Assembly: GCA_040218735.1 (NCBI GenBank) | Contig: JAVJQW010000055.1 | Span: forward strand, 64,001 to 128,000 | Origin: Deltaproteobacteria bacterium | GTDB lineage: Bacteria > Myxococcota > Kuafuiibacteriia > Kuafuiibacteriales > Kuafuiibacteriaceae | DNA: 64,000 bases | Direction: 5' to 3' | In this document: positions 38,904 through 49,700 of the stretch, piece by piece | How positions within the stretch are numbered: position 1 is the stretch's first letter | Layout of the letters: each line of letters opens with the position of its first letter | The notes under the pieces: model-generated | What the model saw: only the letters and a program-made list of their open reading frames with translations | Told to the model about the DNA's origin: nothing | The model's database searches: none | Position numbers and translations under genes: made by a program

Positions 38904-40820
38904 TCAGGTCGCGCGGGTCATCAGCTCCGTCACGAGCCGGGAGAACTCCGCGGGGTCCTCGAGCACGCCGCCCTCCGCGAGGATCGACTGCCCGTAGAGG
39001 AGCTTCGCATAGGTCTCGAGGTCTTGGCTCCCCTTGTCTTCGTCGTAGATGGACTGCAGGCGCGCGAGGACCCCGTGGTCCGGATTCAGCTCGAGGATGC
39101 GCTTCGTCTTCGGCACCTCCTGTCCGAGCTGCTTCATGAGTTTCTCCATCTGAGGCGTGAGATCACCCTCGTCACCCACGAGGCACGCCGCGGACGCGGT
39201 GAGGCGGCCGGAGAGGCGCACCTCCTTCACGTCGTCCTGCAGGTAGCTCCGGATCGCGGAGAGCAGATCCTTGTGCTCGCGCTCCTTCTCCTCGCGCGCC
39301 TTCTCGGCCTCCGCCTTCTCCTCCTCGGTGCCGAGGTCGACGTCGCCCTTGCCGGCGGAGACGAACTTCTTGTCCCCGTACTCGAGCCCGCGCGACATCC
39401 AGATCTCGTCGATCGGATCCACGAGGAACACGACCTCGTACCCCTTCGCCTTGAAACCCTCGAGGTGCGGCGAGTTCTTCACCGCGTCGAGCGACGGTCC
39501 GGCGAGGTAGTAGATCGCGTCCTGCCCTTCCTTCATGCGCTCGACGTACTCGGCGAGCGTCGTCCACTTCGAGACGTCGTGCGTCGAACGCACCTGCATC
39601 AGCTCCAGGATGCGCGCCTGCTCCTTGTCGCTACCGTTGACGAGGCCCTCCTTGAGCGCCCCGCCGAACTGCGACCAGAAGCCGTCGTACTTCTCGCGAT
39701 CCTCGCCGCGGATCTCTTCGAGCTTGTCGAAGGTCTTCTTGACGAGCTGCTTGCGGATCGCCGCGATCTGCCGGTCCTTCTGCAGGATCTCGCGCGACAC
39801 GTTGAGCGACAGATCCTGCGCGTCCACCACCCCCTTCACGAAGCGCAGGTACGCCGGCATCAGCTCCTTGCACTCGTCCATGATGAAGACGCGCTTCACG
39901 TACAGCTGCACGCCGCGCTTCATCTCGGGGTGGAAGAGATCGAACGGCGCGCGCTCGGGGAGGTACAGCAGCGCCTGCGCTTCGAACGTGCCCTCGATCT
40001 TCACCGGGATGTGGGCGAGCGGCTCGTTCCAGTCGCGCGAGATGTGTTTGTAGAACTCGTTGTACTCCTCGTCGGTGACCTCGGACTTGTTCTTCGCCCA
40101 GATCGCCTTGCCGGAGTTCAGCGTCTTCTCGTCGAGGACCTTCGCGCCCTCTTCCTTCTCGGTCCAGGTGAACACCTTCACCGGGTAGCTGACGAAGTCC
40201 GAGTAGCGCTTCACGATGTCACGAAGCACCCACTCCTCGGTGTAGTCGCGGACGTGGTTGTCCTCGTCGACGTCCTTCAGCTTCAGCGTGATCGTCGTGC
40301 CGGGCTCGTCGCGCTCGGCGTCTTCGAGGTCGTAGCCGCCGTCGCCCTGCGACGCCCACCGCGTGGCCTTCTCCTCACCGGCGCGCCGCGTGATGACTTC
40401 GACCTCCGCCGCGACCATGAAGCTCGAATAAAAACCCACCCCGAACTGACCGATCAGCTCGGGCGCCGCTTCGGAGTTCTCCTTCGCCTCCTTCAACTTC
40501 GACAGGAACTCTTTGGTCCCCGAGCGGGCGATGGTCCCGAGGTTCTCGACGACCTCGTCGCGGCTCATGCCGATCCCGTTGTCCGAGATCGTCAACGTGC
40601 GCGCTTCGGCGTCCGGCTTCAGGTGAATCTCGGCGGCGCGGTCGGAGCGCAGCGCTTCGTTCGTCAGCGACTCGAAGCGGAGGCGGTCCAGGGCGTCCGA
40701 GGCGTTCGAGATGAGCTCCCGAAGGAAGACGTCCTTGTTGGAGTAGAGGGAGTGAATCATCAGGTCCAGCAGCTGCTGGACCTCTGCGCGAAACTCGTGG
40801 CGGTTGCTGTCCGTACCCAT
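38904..40820 (-). CDS. htpG: Hsp90 chaperone HtpG
   Basis: YSNKDVFLRELISNASDA, DNGIGM, IGQFGVGFYS, ILELNPDH. Confidence 0.98.
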   Translation of the reverse strand: MGTDSNRHEFRAEVQQLLDLMIHSLYSNKDVFLRELISNASDALDRLRFESLTNEALRSDRAAEIHLKPDAEARTLTISDNGIGMSRDEVVENLGTIARSGTKEFLSKLKEAKENSEAAPELIGQFGVGFYSSFMVAAEVEVITRRAGEEKATRWASQGDGGYDLEDAERDEPGTTITLKLKDVDEDNHVRDYTEEWVLRDIVKRYSDFVSYPVKVFTWTEKEEGAKVLDEKTLNSGKAIWAKNKSEVTDEEYNEFYKHISRDWNEPLAHIPVKIEGTFEAQALLYLPERAPFDLFHPEMKRGVQLYVKRVFIMDECKELMPAYLRFVKGVVDAQDLSLNVSREILQKDRQIAAIRKQLVKKTFDKLEEIRGEDREKYDGFWSQFGGALKEGLVNGSDKEQARILELMQVRSTHDVSKWTTLAEYVERMKEGQDAIYYLAGPSLDAVKNSPHLEGFKAKGYEVVFLVDPIDEIWMSRGLEYGDKKFVSAGKGDVDLGTEEEKAEAEKAREEKEREHKDLLSAIRSYLQDDVKEVRLSGRLTASAACLVGDEGDLTPQMEKLMKQLGQEVPKTKRILELNPDHGVLARLQSIYDEDKGSQDLETYAKLLYGQSILAEGGVLEDPAEFSRLVTELMTRAT

Positions 40821-40863
40821 GGCGGCGACAGGGATGAACACTCCCGCCGCGAGCGTCAAGCGC

Positions 40864-42099
40864 TTACCGCCGCCCCTCCGCGCGGGCCTTCATCGCGGCC
40901 AGGGCCACAGTCCCCGAGGCCATCACGATGCCGTGCTCGAACAGGGGCTCCTTCTCCACGAGCTTCTTCGTGACCCAGGAGGACTCCCTGACGTCGGAAT
41001 AGGCGTAGTGCACCGGGATCGTGCGCCCCTCGCCGAAGGGCGAGAACTCCCAGCGCCAGCGCCCCCGCTTGATGTCGCCGCCCGTGGCGACCACGTCGAC
41101 GCTCCCGTCCGGCTCGATCGTCATCAGCGAGGTCCCCTCCAGGTTGGTGATCGGAACCTCCAGCTCCCACTCCATGTGCAGCTGGTTGTCGCCCTTCGGC
41201 GTGACGTTCTGCTCCGCGAAGTTCGGGATGAACTCGGGGTACTTCGCCGGGTCCTGGACGATCGCGGCGATCTTCGCCTTGGGCGCGTTCACCACCCCGA
41301 GGATCGCGGTCTGCATCAGCGTCCCATCCGGGTACGACTCGACGAGCGCGAGCTGCCCGTGCCCGAGGAGCCCCTTCAGCTTCGACAGGTCGAGGCCGTC
41401 CGGGCCGAGGCCGAGGCGCTTGAACGGCGGCACCGCCCCGGTCTTCGGGATGAGCTTCTGCTGCGGTTGGTCCTCTAGGTGCGCGCGCAGGCCGCGGATG
41501 TGGACGAACGCGGTCGACAGGTTCGCCCCCTGTTCCATCGACGGCTCGAGCTTCACCATCGTCTCGATGAGGATCCCACCCGTGTCGACGTCGAGCGACC
41601 GGTAGAACGCCGCGAGCGTGTGACGCCCGCCGTCGATCGGGTACAGCTCCCACCGCTCGCGGCTGCCGCGCATGTGCCCGGTGTTGCCGCGGACCTCGAT
41701 CAGCTCCGGGCGACGCCCGCGCTGGTGACGGCTCCCCTCGAGGTTGAAGAACGGGACGTCGAGCTCCCACTCGAACGTGGTGATCCCGCCGCGGCGCTTC
41801 ACGATCTTCGTCGCGACCACCGTGCGCAGAAACTTCGGATACGACTCGACGTCGGTGAGGACGTCGTAGACCTTCTCGCGCGGCACCTCGAAGCGCGTGA
41901 ACACCACGACCTGCCGCGCGCTACCGTCCGGCGCGTTCTCGATCAGCGCGACCTCGCCGCGCTTGGCGAGCTCGGCGAGCGTCGGGATGTCCATGTCACT
42001 CGCGCGGCTCACGACCCGGCGGGTCTTGGCCTCGACGGCGCCCGGGAGCAGGGCCGGCAACAGGAGCGCGGCGACGAGGACGAAGGGGAGGGCGCGCAT
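40864..42099 (-). CDS. Exported tandem SRPBCC/START-like (polyketide cyclase family) protein
   Basis: Signal peptide; two repeats (VYDVLTDVESYPKF / IAAIVQDPAKYPEF; EWELDVP / EWELEVP). Confidence 0.8.
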   Translation of the reverse strand: MRALPFVLVAALLLPALLPGAVEAKTRRVVSRASDMDIPTLAELAKRGEVALIENAPDGSARQVVVFTRFEVPREKVYDVLTDVESYPKFLRTVVATKIVKRRGGITTFEWELDVPFFNLEGSRHQRGRRPELIEVRGNTGHMRGSRERWELYPIDGGRHTLAAFYRSLDVDTGGILIETMVKLEPSMEQGANLSTAFVHIRGLRAHLEDQPQQKLIPKTGAVPPFKRLGLGPDGLDLSKLKGLLGHGQLALVESYPDGTLMQTAILGVVNAPKAKIAAIVQDPAKYPEFIPNFAEQNVTPKGDNQLHMEWELEVPITNLEGTSLMTIEPDGSVDVVATGGDIKRGRWRWEFSPFGEGRTIPVHYAYSDVRESSWVTKKLVEKEPLFEHGIVMASGTVALAAMKARAEGRR

Positions 42100-42146
42100 G
42101 ACCGCGGCATCCTGCCGGCGGGCGCTGCGCTCGGTCCATCCGAAAG

Positions 42147-43601
42147 TCAGCGCACCGCGTCGAAGCGCGCTGACCTGCGGTTCGCGCCGTCGGCCTGCAC
42201 GCGGTAGCCGAGGCCCTGACCGAGCGTCTGGACCAGGACGTCGCCGTCCGCGACCACGAGGGCCGGGTGCGAGGCCTCCGTCGCGCCCCCCGCCGCGCTG
42301 GTGGTCACCCAGAAGCGGCCCTGGCCGAGGCGACTGGCGTCGGTCCAGTGTTCGACGACGTCGTCGTGCGGTGAGCCGAGGTGCGCCGCGTTGATGCCCG
42401 CGACCACGTTGCGGCTGAGCCCGTCGTTCGGTGCGGACGCGTCGATGAACGCGGCGTTGGAGCTGGTGCGTCGTGCGTGGTGGTGCGCGTGCACGATGTC
42501 GACGCCGAGCGCGCCCGCGAAGGCCGGGAGCGCGCGCGACGCGACCGCCGATTCGACGTCCGGCTCCCCGGCGTCCCCGGAGCCGGTGAGATCGCCGCCG
42601 AACCAGTAGCGGAACGCGCCGTACGCGACGAGGCCGCCGAGGCTGCGCGCGTTCTCCTCGTTACTGTCGTCGTGCCCGAAGGCGGGGACGGCTTGGATCG
42701 TCGCGCCGTCGCTGGTGTGGCCGTCGACCACGGCGAAGGTGATGCGCGCGCCATCGAGGTCAATGAACGCGGGGAGGCCGTCGCCGTCGTCGTCCGTCGT
42801 GGCGAGATCTCCGGCGAACAGGCCTGGGCAGCCGACGGCGGGGTGCGGTCCGGAGGCGGCGTCGTAGGGGCAGGGCGCGGGCGTGGCGGCGACGCACAGC
42901 GGGCGGTCGAGCGGCGCGAGGTCGGTCGTGAGTCGATCGCAGAGGTCGTCGTAGTCGTTGGTGTTCATCGCGTCGCCGACGTCGACGAAGCCGCGGTGCA
43001 CGATCCCGTTGCGCACCTCGAGCGCGTCGGCGCCGGACATGAGATCCGCGAACGCGCCGACGTGGTCGCCGTGGACGTGGGTGAGGATCATCCACTCGAT
43101 CTGCAGTGCGTCGCGCGCCGCGAAGCCACGCGCCGGCGTGAGGAGCCGTGTGTTGAGATCGCGGACGACCGCGCGGACGTCGTCGTCGTGGTTCGAGTTG
43201 CCGACGTCGAGGAGCGCGATCGATCCCGCCGGCCCGACCAACACCGCGGCCTCGCCGAGGCGGACGGTGACGCCGGCGGGGAGATCGAGCTGCACGATCG
43301 TGAGCTCGCCGGGCACGGGGTCGAGGCGCTCGGTGGGCTCGGGGCCCGCGTCCGGTGCGCCGCCGTCCCGCGCCCCGGCGTCGCGCGCCCCGGCGTCGCG
43401 GTCGTTTTGTGCGCCGGCGTCGCGGTCGCCAGCGTCGCGCGACGCGCCGTCCGGCACGCCGGCGTCGCGCGGGCCGGCGTCCGCCGTCGCCCCGGTGTCT
43501 CGCATCCCGCCGTCCTCGCCGTCGCCGTTCGGAGGGTTCGGATCGTTCGAAGCACAGGCGAGAACACAGAGGAGCAGCGGGGCGGTGCGACGCACCCGCA
43601 T
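42147..43601 (-). CDS. Lipoprotein metallo-beta-lactamase-fold hydrolase (ComEC/Rec2-like)
   Basis: Lipobox VLAC; RDAG-repeat linker; THVHGDHVG (HxHxDH), NEENARS, FGGDL, HHH..TSS. Confidence 0.82.
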   Translation of the reverse strand: MRVRRTAPLLLCVLACASNDPNPPNGDGEDGGMRDTGATADAGPRDAGVPDGASRDAGDRDAGAQNDRDAGARDAGARDGGAPDAGPEPTERLDPVPGELTIVQLDLPAGVTVRLGEAAVLVGPAGSIALLDVGNSNHDDDVRAVVRDLNTRLLTPARGFAARDALQIEWMILTHVHGDHVGAFADLMSGADALEVRNGIVHRGFVDVGDAMNTNDYDDLCDRLTTDLAPLDRPLCVAATPAPCPYDAASGPHPAVGCPGLFAGDLATTDDDGDGLPAFIDLDGARITFAVVDGHTSDGATIQAVPAFGHDDSNEENARSLGGLVAYGAFRYWFGGDLTGSGDAGEPDVESAVASRALPAFAGALGVDIVHAHHHARRTSSNAAFIDASAPNDGLSRNVVAGINAAHLGSPHDDVVEHWTDASRLGQGRFWVTTSAAGGATEASHPALVVADGDVLVQTLGQGLGYRVQADGANRRSARFDAVR

Positions 43602-43705
43602 ACGTTGGCAGGGCGCGCTGGCCACGTCGATCCGCCATCGACGTTCGGACCGCCCGAGCTCGAACCGCTTGATCGCCCGCGGTCGCACCCGTACACCTCG
43701 TCGAG

Positions 43706-44419
43706 ATGTTCTCGTTCCCGTCCTTCGCCGAGCGCTCCACCGCGCTGGAGCTGATGGACGACCCCGCGTTCCAGGGGCCCGAGCTCGAACAGACCCTCGC
43801 GGAGATCGAGCGCATCAACGACAACCTCGGCGGCTACCCGCCGAGCCTGCACGGCATCGAAGCGCTCCTCCCTCCGGGTACGAAGAAGTTCTCCGTGCTC
43901 GACGTCGGCTGCGGCGGCGCCGACTTCCCGATGAAGATCGCCGACTGGGCGTCCTCGCGCGGGCTCGAAGCCGAGATCGTCGGCATCGATCTCCAACCCA
44001 CCACGGTCGACTTCGCGTCGCGCCGCACCCGGGCCTACGACGGCATCCGCATCGAGCTCGCCAACCTCTTCGACCTCGAGCCGACCGCCCCCTACGACAT
44101 CGTGCACGCCGCGCAGGTGCTCCATCACTTCGTCGGCGACGAAGCCGAGCGCGCCCTCGCTCAGATGGCCCGGCTCGCGCGTTGGGGCGTCGTCGTCAAC
44201 GACCTCCACCGCCACCCCCTCGCGTGGGGCGGCATCACGGTGATCACCCGGGCGCTCGCCAAGAGTCGGCTCGTGAAGTACGACGCCCCCCTGTCGGTGC
44301 TCCGTGGTTTCTCGCGCGATGACTTCGTCGGGATGTGCGCGCGCGCCGGGCTGGCCACGCCGAAGGTGACGTGGCGGCCGCTGTTCCGGTGGCAGGTGGT
44401 GATCCCCACGCGGGGGTGA
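43706..44419 (+). CDS. SAM-dependent methyltransferase
   Basis: ELMDDP...INDNLGG, VLDVGCGGAD, LHHF, VNDLHR, DAPLSVLRGF. Confidence 0.9.
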   Translation: MFSFPSFAERSTALELMDDPAFQGPELEQTLAEIERINDNLGGYPPSLHGIEALLPPGTKKFSVLDVGCGGADFPMKIADWASSRGLEAEIVGIDLQPTTVDFASRRTRAYDGIRIELANLFDLEPTAPYDIVHAAQVLHHFVGDEAERALAQMARLARWGVVVNDLHRHPLAWGGITVITRALAKSRLVKYDAPLSVLRGFSRDDFVGMCARAGLATPKVTWRPLFRWQVVIPTRG

Positions 44420-44455
44420 AGATCGGCCGCGGTGCCGGGAAGGAAGACCGAGAAC

Positions 44456-46735
44456 ATGCGCCTCACGCTCACGACCGCGCTCCTCCTGCTCACGTCCAAC
44501 GCGTGGGCCCAGACGACCATCCCCGTCGACTTCACGGTCAGCGGGCTGACGGGGCCCTCCGGCAGTGTGTCCTACTACGCCACGCCCACCGTGAGCTTCA
44601 CCGTGAACGACGCCAACGGCACGTTCACCGGCAACGTCGACTACCGCATCGAGCTGCAGGCGCCGTTCGGCGGCGGCGTCTGGGACGCCGGGACCGTGTT
44701 CCTCCAGAACGGCAGCGGCTTCTTCAACGCGATGCTGCCGTTCCCGGCCTTCGTCACGCCGGGCTCGTACAGCGTGCTCGTCACGGTCGACCCGAACAAC
44801 CTCTACATGGAGGTCCTGGAGAACAACAACGTCGCGTCCACCATGCCGTTCACCGTGCTCGGCTCGGACCTCGTCACCTCGAACCTCAACGCACCCTCGA
44901 CGCTGGTCATCGGAACGCCCACGACGATCGCGTGGCGTGTCGCGAACATCACCCCCGTCGAAGCGAACGACTTCGTGGTGCGCCTCGCGCTCACCGACGC
45001 GGCCGGCATGTTCACGGCGCTGTACGACTCCCCGCCGATAACGCTCGGGCCGAACCAGACGATGGACTTCTCGGAGTCGGTCACGGTGCCCGCCGGATTC
45101 ACGCCCGGGATTGCGACGGTCAGCGCCAACGCCGACATCACCTCCGTGGTCGTGGAGAACTCCGAGACCAACAACTCCGCGATCGCAAATGCGATGATCC
45201 GCGCGCGGCAACCGGACTTCACCATCGCGGTCGGCGACGTCCCGATGGCCGCGGAGCAGGGCCAGACGCTGGATCTCACGGTGTCCGTCGCGAACGAGGG
45301 TGAGATCGCCGGCACCAGCGACTACACCGTGTTCCTCTCGACGGACACGGTGATCACCCTCGCCGACCGCGCGCTCGGCGGCGGGACCGAGGCCGTGATG
45401 CCCGGGACGATCGTCGGCGCGCGCGCGGTCGTAACCGTCCCTTCCGACGTCACGCCGGGCACGTACTTCGTCGGCGCGATCGCGGACCCTGCCAACGCGG
45501 TCTTCGAGTCGAACGAGAGCAACAACGCGTTCTGGATCGGACCGATGGAGGTGTTTGCGTCGCCGCTGCAGATCCGAACGATGGGGCTGCCGCAGGGCGT
45601 GGTCGGTGTGGCCTATGCGGCGATGCTCGTCGCGGAGGGGAACGAAGGCCCGATGATGTGGAGCCTCGTCGAAGGGACGATGCCTCCCGGGCTGACGCTC
45701 CTTCCCAGCGGAGAGATCACCGGACGCCCGACGACGGCGGGTGGGTACGAGATTCGGGTGGAGGTCGCGGACGGCACGCGCTCCGCGAACGCCACGCTCG
45801 CGCTCCTCGTGACGGAGCGAAACCAGCCGTTGGCGATCCTCACGGGGACGATTCCGCCGGCCGTGGTCGGCGAGGCGTACGAAGCGCAGCTCGCCGCGGT
45901 CGGGGGCTCGCCGCCGTACTTCTGGCGGGTCGGCCTGTTGCCCGCGGGGCTCACGGCGGACACCGACGGGTTCATCGTGGGGACACCCAGCGAGGCGGGC
46001 AACTTCGACGTCCCGGTGAGCGTGGTCGACAACAACGGCATCGGCGTCGACGCGATCCTGCCGTTCTTCGTCGACTCCGCCGCGACCGGACCGCGACTGA
46101 TCCCCGCGGCGCTCCCCAACGGACTGCTCGGCGTCGACTACTGCGCGGGCGGGCCGGTGTTCATCCAGGCGCGCGAAGGTCGCCCGCCGTACGCGTTCAT
46201 GGCGGTCGGGGAGGGCGTCCCGGGGCTCGCGGTCGACGCGAGCGGCGCGATCTGCGGGATCCCGTCGGAGGCCGGCACCCACGGCGTCGTCGTGCAGGTC
46301 GTCGACGGCGCGGGCGGCGTCGACACCGAGCGCTACACGGTCGACGTCGACACGTCGCTCGTCATCGTCTCGAAGATCCTCCCCGACGCGCGCCGCGGTG
46401 CGCCCTACAGCCAGCCACTCCAGGCCATGGGGGGCGTCGAGCCGTATCGCTGGTTCATCGAGCAAGGCACCTTGCCGGACGGCCTCGCGCTCTCGGAGGG
46501 CGGCATCGTCAGCGGCACCCCGACGAAGGAGGGCCTCGCCTCGCTCACGCTCCGCCTCGAAGACGACGCGGGCGGGAGCACGATCGGCCCGCTCACCGTG
46601 CGCGTGGGGATGTCCGAAGGGCTGCTGGAGTCGGCGGACGAGGCGGGGTGCGGTTGCGCCGCGACGGGCGCGCCGAGAGGTGCGGGGCTCGGGTTCTTCG
46701 TGTTCGCTCTGCTGGCGTTGCGTCGGCGCCCCTGA
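44456..46735 (+). CDS. Surface protein with CARDB and putative Ig (He_PIG) repeats, MYXO-CTERM-like tail
   Basis: VDPNN...ENNN and ESNESNN (CARDB); LPPGLTL...GEITGRPT repeats; GCGC...FFVFALLALRRRP. Confidence 0.88.
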   Translation: MRLTLTTALLLLTSNAWAQTTIPVDFTVSGLTGPSGSVSYYATPTVSFTVNDANGTFTGNVDYRIELQAPFGGGVWDAGTVFLQNGSGFFNAMLPFPAFVTPGSYSVLVTVDPNNLYMEVLENNNVASTMPFTVLGSDLVTSNLNAPSTLVIGTPTTIAWRVANITPVEANDFVVRLALTDAAGMFTALYDSPPITLGPNQTMDFSESVTVPAGFTPGIATVSANADITSVVVENSETNNSAIANAMIRARQPDFTIAVGDVPMAAEQGQTLDLTVSVANEGEIAGTSDYTVFLSTDTVITLADRALGGGTEAVMPGTIVGARAVVTVPSDVTPGTYFVGAIADPANAVFESNESNNAFWIGPMEVFASPLQIRTMGLPQGVVGVAYAAMLVAEGNEGPMMWSLVEGTMPPGLTLLPSGEITGRPTTAGGYEIRVEVADGTRSANATLALLVTERNQPLAILTGTIPPAVVGEAYEAQLAAVGGSPPYFWRVGLLPAGLTADTDGFIVGTPSEAGNFDVPVSVVDNNGIGVDAILPFFVDSAATGPRLIPAALPNGLLGVDYCAGGPVFIQAREGRPPYAFMAVGEGVPGLAVDASGAICGIPSEAGTHGVVVQVVDGAGGVDTERYTVDVDTSLVIVSKILPDARRGAPYSQPLQAMGGVEPYRWFIEQGTLPDGLALSEGGIVSGTPTKEGLASLTLRLEDDAGGSTIGPLTVRVGMSEGLLESADEAGCGCAATGAPRGAGLGFFVFALLALRRRP

Positions 46736-46759
46736 CCGAGCCCGCCTACCTCTCGAACC

Positions 46760-49700
46760 TCACTCCACGACCACCCGGTCCGTGCCGGAGCGCCCGAACG
46801 TCTCGGGGAAGTACATCTCCTCCGCCTTCGTCGGCGGCACGACGAAGCGCCCCGGCGTCGTCGCGCGCGCGACGTAGCTGTACGCGTGCTCCCCGGGCCA
46901 CAGCGTGGTGGAGAACGCCTCGGCCCGCTCGTCGCGGAGGTTGTCGTGCACATACCAGGTGCGGCGCCACCAGAACCACGGGCTCTCGTACTCGGGGCTG
47001 TCCGGCGGGACGGACCCGGAGCCGGCGAGCGCAGCGTTGATGGGTTCGAGGCCCGCGGGGAGAGGATCGACGAGCGCGACGTGGTAGCGGCGCCCCGTGT
47101 TGATCATCGTGAGTTTGACCCGAACGCGAGCGCCGGCGACGAAGCGCCAGGTGCCGTCCTCGTCCCGCTTCACGTCGTTGGGATCGTCCACACCCTCGTA
47201 AGTACGCTTCACCTCGAACCCATAACTCGCCGGTTCGAGCATGAGATCGTTCGGCGCGTACTTCAGACCGATGCGGTAGTAGAGCCGCCCCTGACCGTCC
47301 TTCTGCAGGAGCAGATCCTGCTTCGGCTGGTCGACGAGGTAGGCCATCGGAATGTCGATGAGGTGCTGGTCCGTGGTGCGCCCCTCGAACGTGCGGTCCC
47401 CCGCGTACTGATCGCCGAGCCACACCCGCGCCACGAAGTTCGGCGTGAGTTTTTCGTACTGGCGGAAGTAACGGTCGAGCGCGACGAGCACCCACGAGCT
47501 CTCCTGAGTGTTCGCCCAGCGCCCCCTCGTGCGGTGCGCGAGGAGCCCACGCACGAGCTTCGGGATAAGGGTGTTCTTGGGTTGGTCGCGCATGAGCCCC
47601 TCGAGGATCAGCGCGTCCACGCGGCGTGCGGAGTGGAGCAGCACGTGACCGCCGTCCTCGTAGGAGGTCGCGAAGTGCGCGGTGGCCGCGGTCTCGGTCG
47701 CGCGGTTGTCGAAGAGGCGACGCAGTTGCGCGAGCTCGGCGCGCAACTCACCCGCTTCGACGGCCACCGGGTAGAGCCAGCCCGCCGCTTCGAGGGGGAG
47801 CTTCGAGACCCCGCCCGCGGAGCGGATGAGTTTCTTCGCGCGTGCGCCGTCGATCTCACCCATCATCGCGCGCACGTAGAGCGCGAAGGCGACGAGTGTG
47901 GTGCGCACGCCCGGCCCGTAGGTTCGGTCGATGTGTTTGTCGATGTCCCGTAGGTATTGGCGCCCACGGTTCATGACCGTCTTCGGTACTTCGAAGTTCT
48001 TGGCCTGGGCGCGGACGAGCGCGTGCATCACGTGAATCGTCAGGAACGGCCGGCTCGGTCGGCCGCGGCGCCACCAGCCCCACCCGCCGTCCGAGTTCTG
48101 AAGTTGCGCGAGTTTCTTGATGTCACGGCCGACGGCGGCGACGAGCTGGTCCTTCGGCGGCATGCCCTCCGCCTTGAACGCCTCCAGCACGTCCTTCAGC
48201 GCGGCGGTGGTGATCACCCGCGACGAAACCTGCTCGGCGCACCCGTACGGGTAGTCGAGGATGTAGATGTACGCGTCGGTCAGCGCCTGAAGCTGCGTCG
48301 ACGCGGTGGTGATCTCCAACCCACCGAACGACTTCGCGACGTCGGCCGGCGGGACCACCGGCTGCACGATCGCGCCCTTGTCGATCTCACCGTAGGTCGC
48401 GAACGCCTCGGTCGTCGCCGGCGTCCACACCGGTAGGTCGACCTCGGCCGCGTCCGCGTATTGATTCGCCGCCGCCGCGAACTGGAAGCGCGCGCGCCCG
48501 GGGGCGTCGGTCGAGCTCGGGAAGCGGACCTCCACGCGATCCTCCTTCGGGATCTCGACCGCGTAGCCGACGGCGTCGACGTTGGCGTTCGTCGCGCGCA
48601 CCACGACCTGCGCGGAGAGCGGCGCGCCGGTGCGGTTCTCGAGGACGACCGGGAGCTCGAACGTGTCTCCGTAGTTGAGGAACCGCGGCGCCGAAGGCCG
48701 CACCATCAGCGCACGTCGCGCCGTGATGTTCGCCTCCGCGACGCCGAAGTGGTTGTCGCCGTGCGCCGCCACCGCGATCACGCGGTACCGCGTGAGGTTG
48801 TCGGGGAAATCGAACTCGACCTCGGCGCGCCCGCGCGCGTCCGTCGTCACGCTGGGCCGGAACACCGCGAGCGCCGAGAAGTCCTTGCGCACCGCGATCG
48901 GCGGCGCCGCACCGCCGCCGCCGACGCCGCCGCCGGGGGCCATCTCCGCCGCTGCCTTCATCGCGGGCGCCGGTGCGCGTTTGCGACGCGCGCTCCGGTT
49001 CATCAGGGCGCCCGAGGACTCCATGTCGCCGAGGCCGGCTTCGTCCTCCTCGGGCGCGAACGCGGTCTGCGCCACCTCCTCCGGATCCGCGAGGTAGACG
49101 AACTGTCGCGACCGCATCACGCGCACGCCGTTGCTCCGGTGCGGGTAGATCGACAGCGGGTCGGGCGTCGCGTAGCTCGTCAGCGCGAGCACCGCTTCGT
49201 CGACCACGTAGAATGCGATCTCCGCCCCGGCCGCCGCCGCACCGTCCGCGGTCTTCACGGTCATCGCCACGCGACTCTTCGCGCCCGGCTCCACCTCGTA
49301 GGCGTCGGGCTCCAGATCGATCGCGAGGGTGCGGGTCGCCGGCGGGACCTCGATGTTCATGGTGCCGGCGGCGTACGCGGGTCGCGGCGGGAGGGTGTCG
49401 TCGACCTTGCCTTCCCCGTTCCGCCGCTTCTGCCGACCGACGAGGATGACCCGCAGATGCACGTTGGGCGTGAAGCGATCCTCGACTTCGATCTCGAGCA
49501 CCTGCGACGTCCCCTTCATCGTGAAGCGCCCGGTCTTCACCACCCCCTCGCGTTCGAGCGACCACAGCCCCTCGGCGTCCGCGAAGGGCGCCTGCACCAG
49601 CACCTCGGCGACGTCCCCCGTCGCGTAGGTCTTCTTGTTCGGGATGAGCTGCACCGTCTCTTCGCTGATGTTTCGGCTCGTCGGGACGTTGTCACCGCCC

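Noticed and set aside
38331-40973. 880-aa plus-strand ORF opposite htpG/apaH
   Set aside because: Antisense frame kept open by GC3 bias of the real genes.
43340-43500. Short tandem DNA repeats (GCGTCGCG/CCGGCGTC) as a CRISPR-like array
   Set aside because: They encode the in-frame RDAG peptide linker and have no spacers.
43088-46465. 1125-aa minus-strand ORF
   Set aside because: Antisense shadow of the methyltransferase and CARDB/Ig genes. Arg/Gly/His-rich with no motifs, as expected in high-GC DNA.
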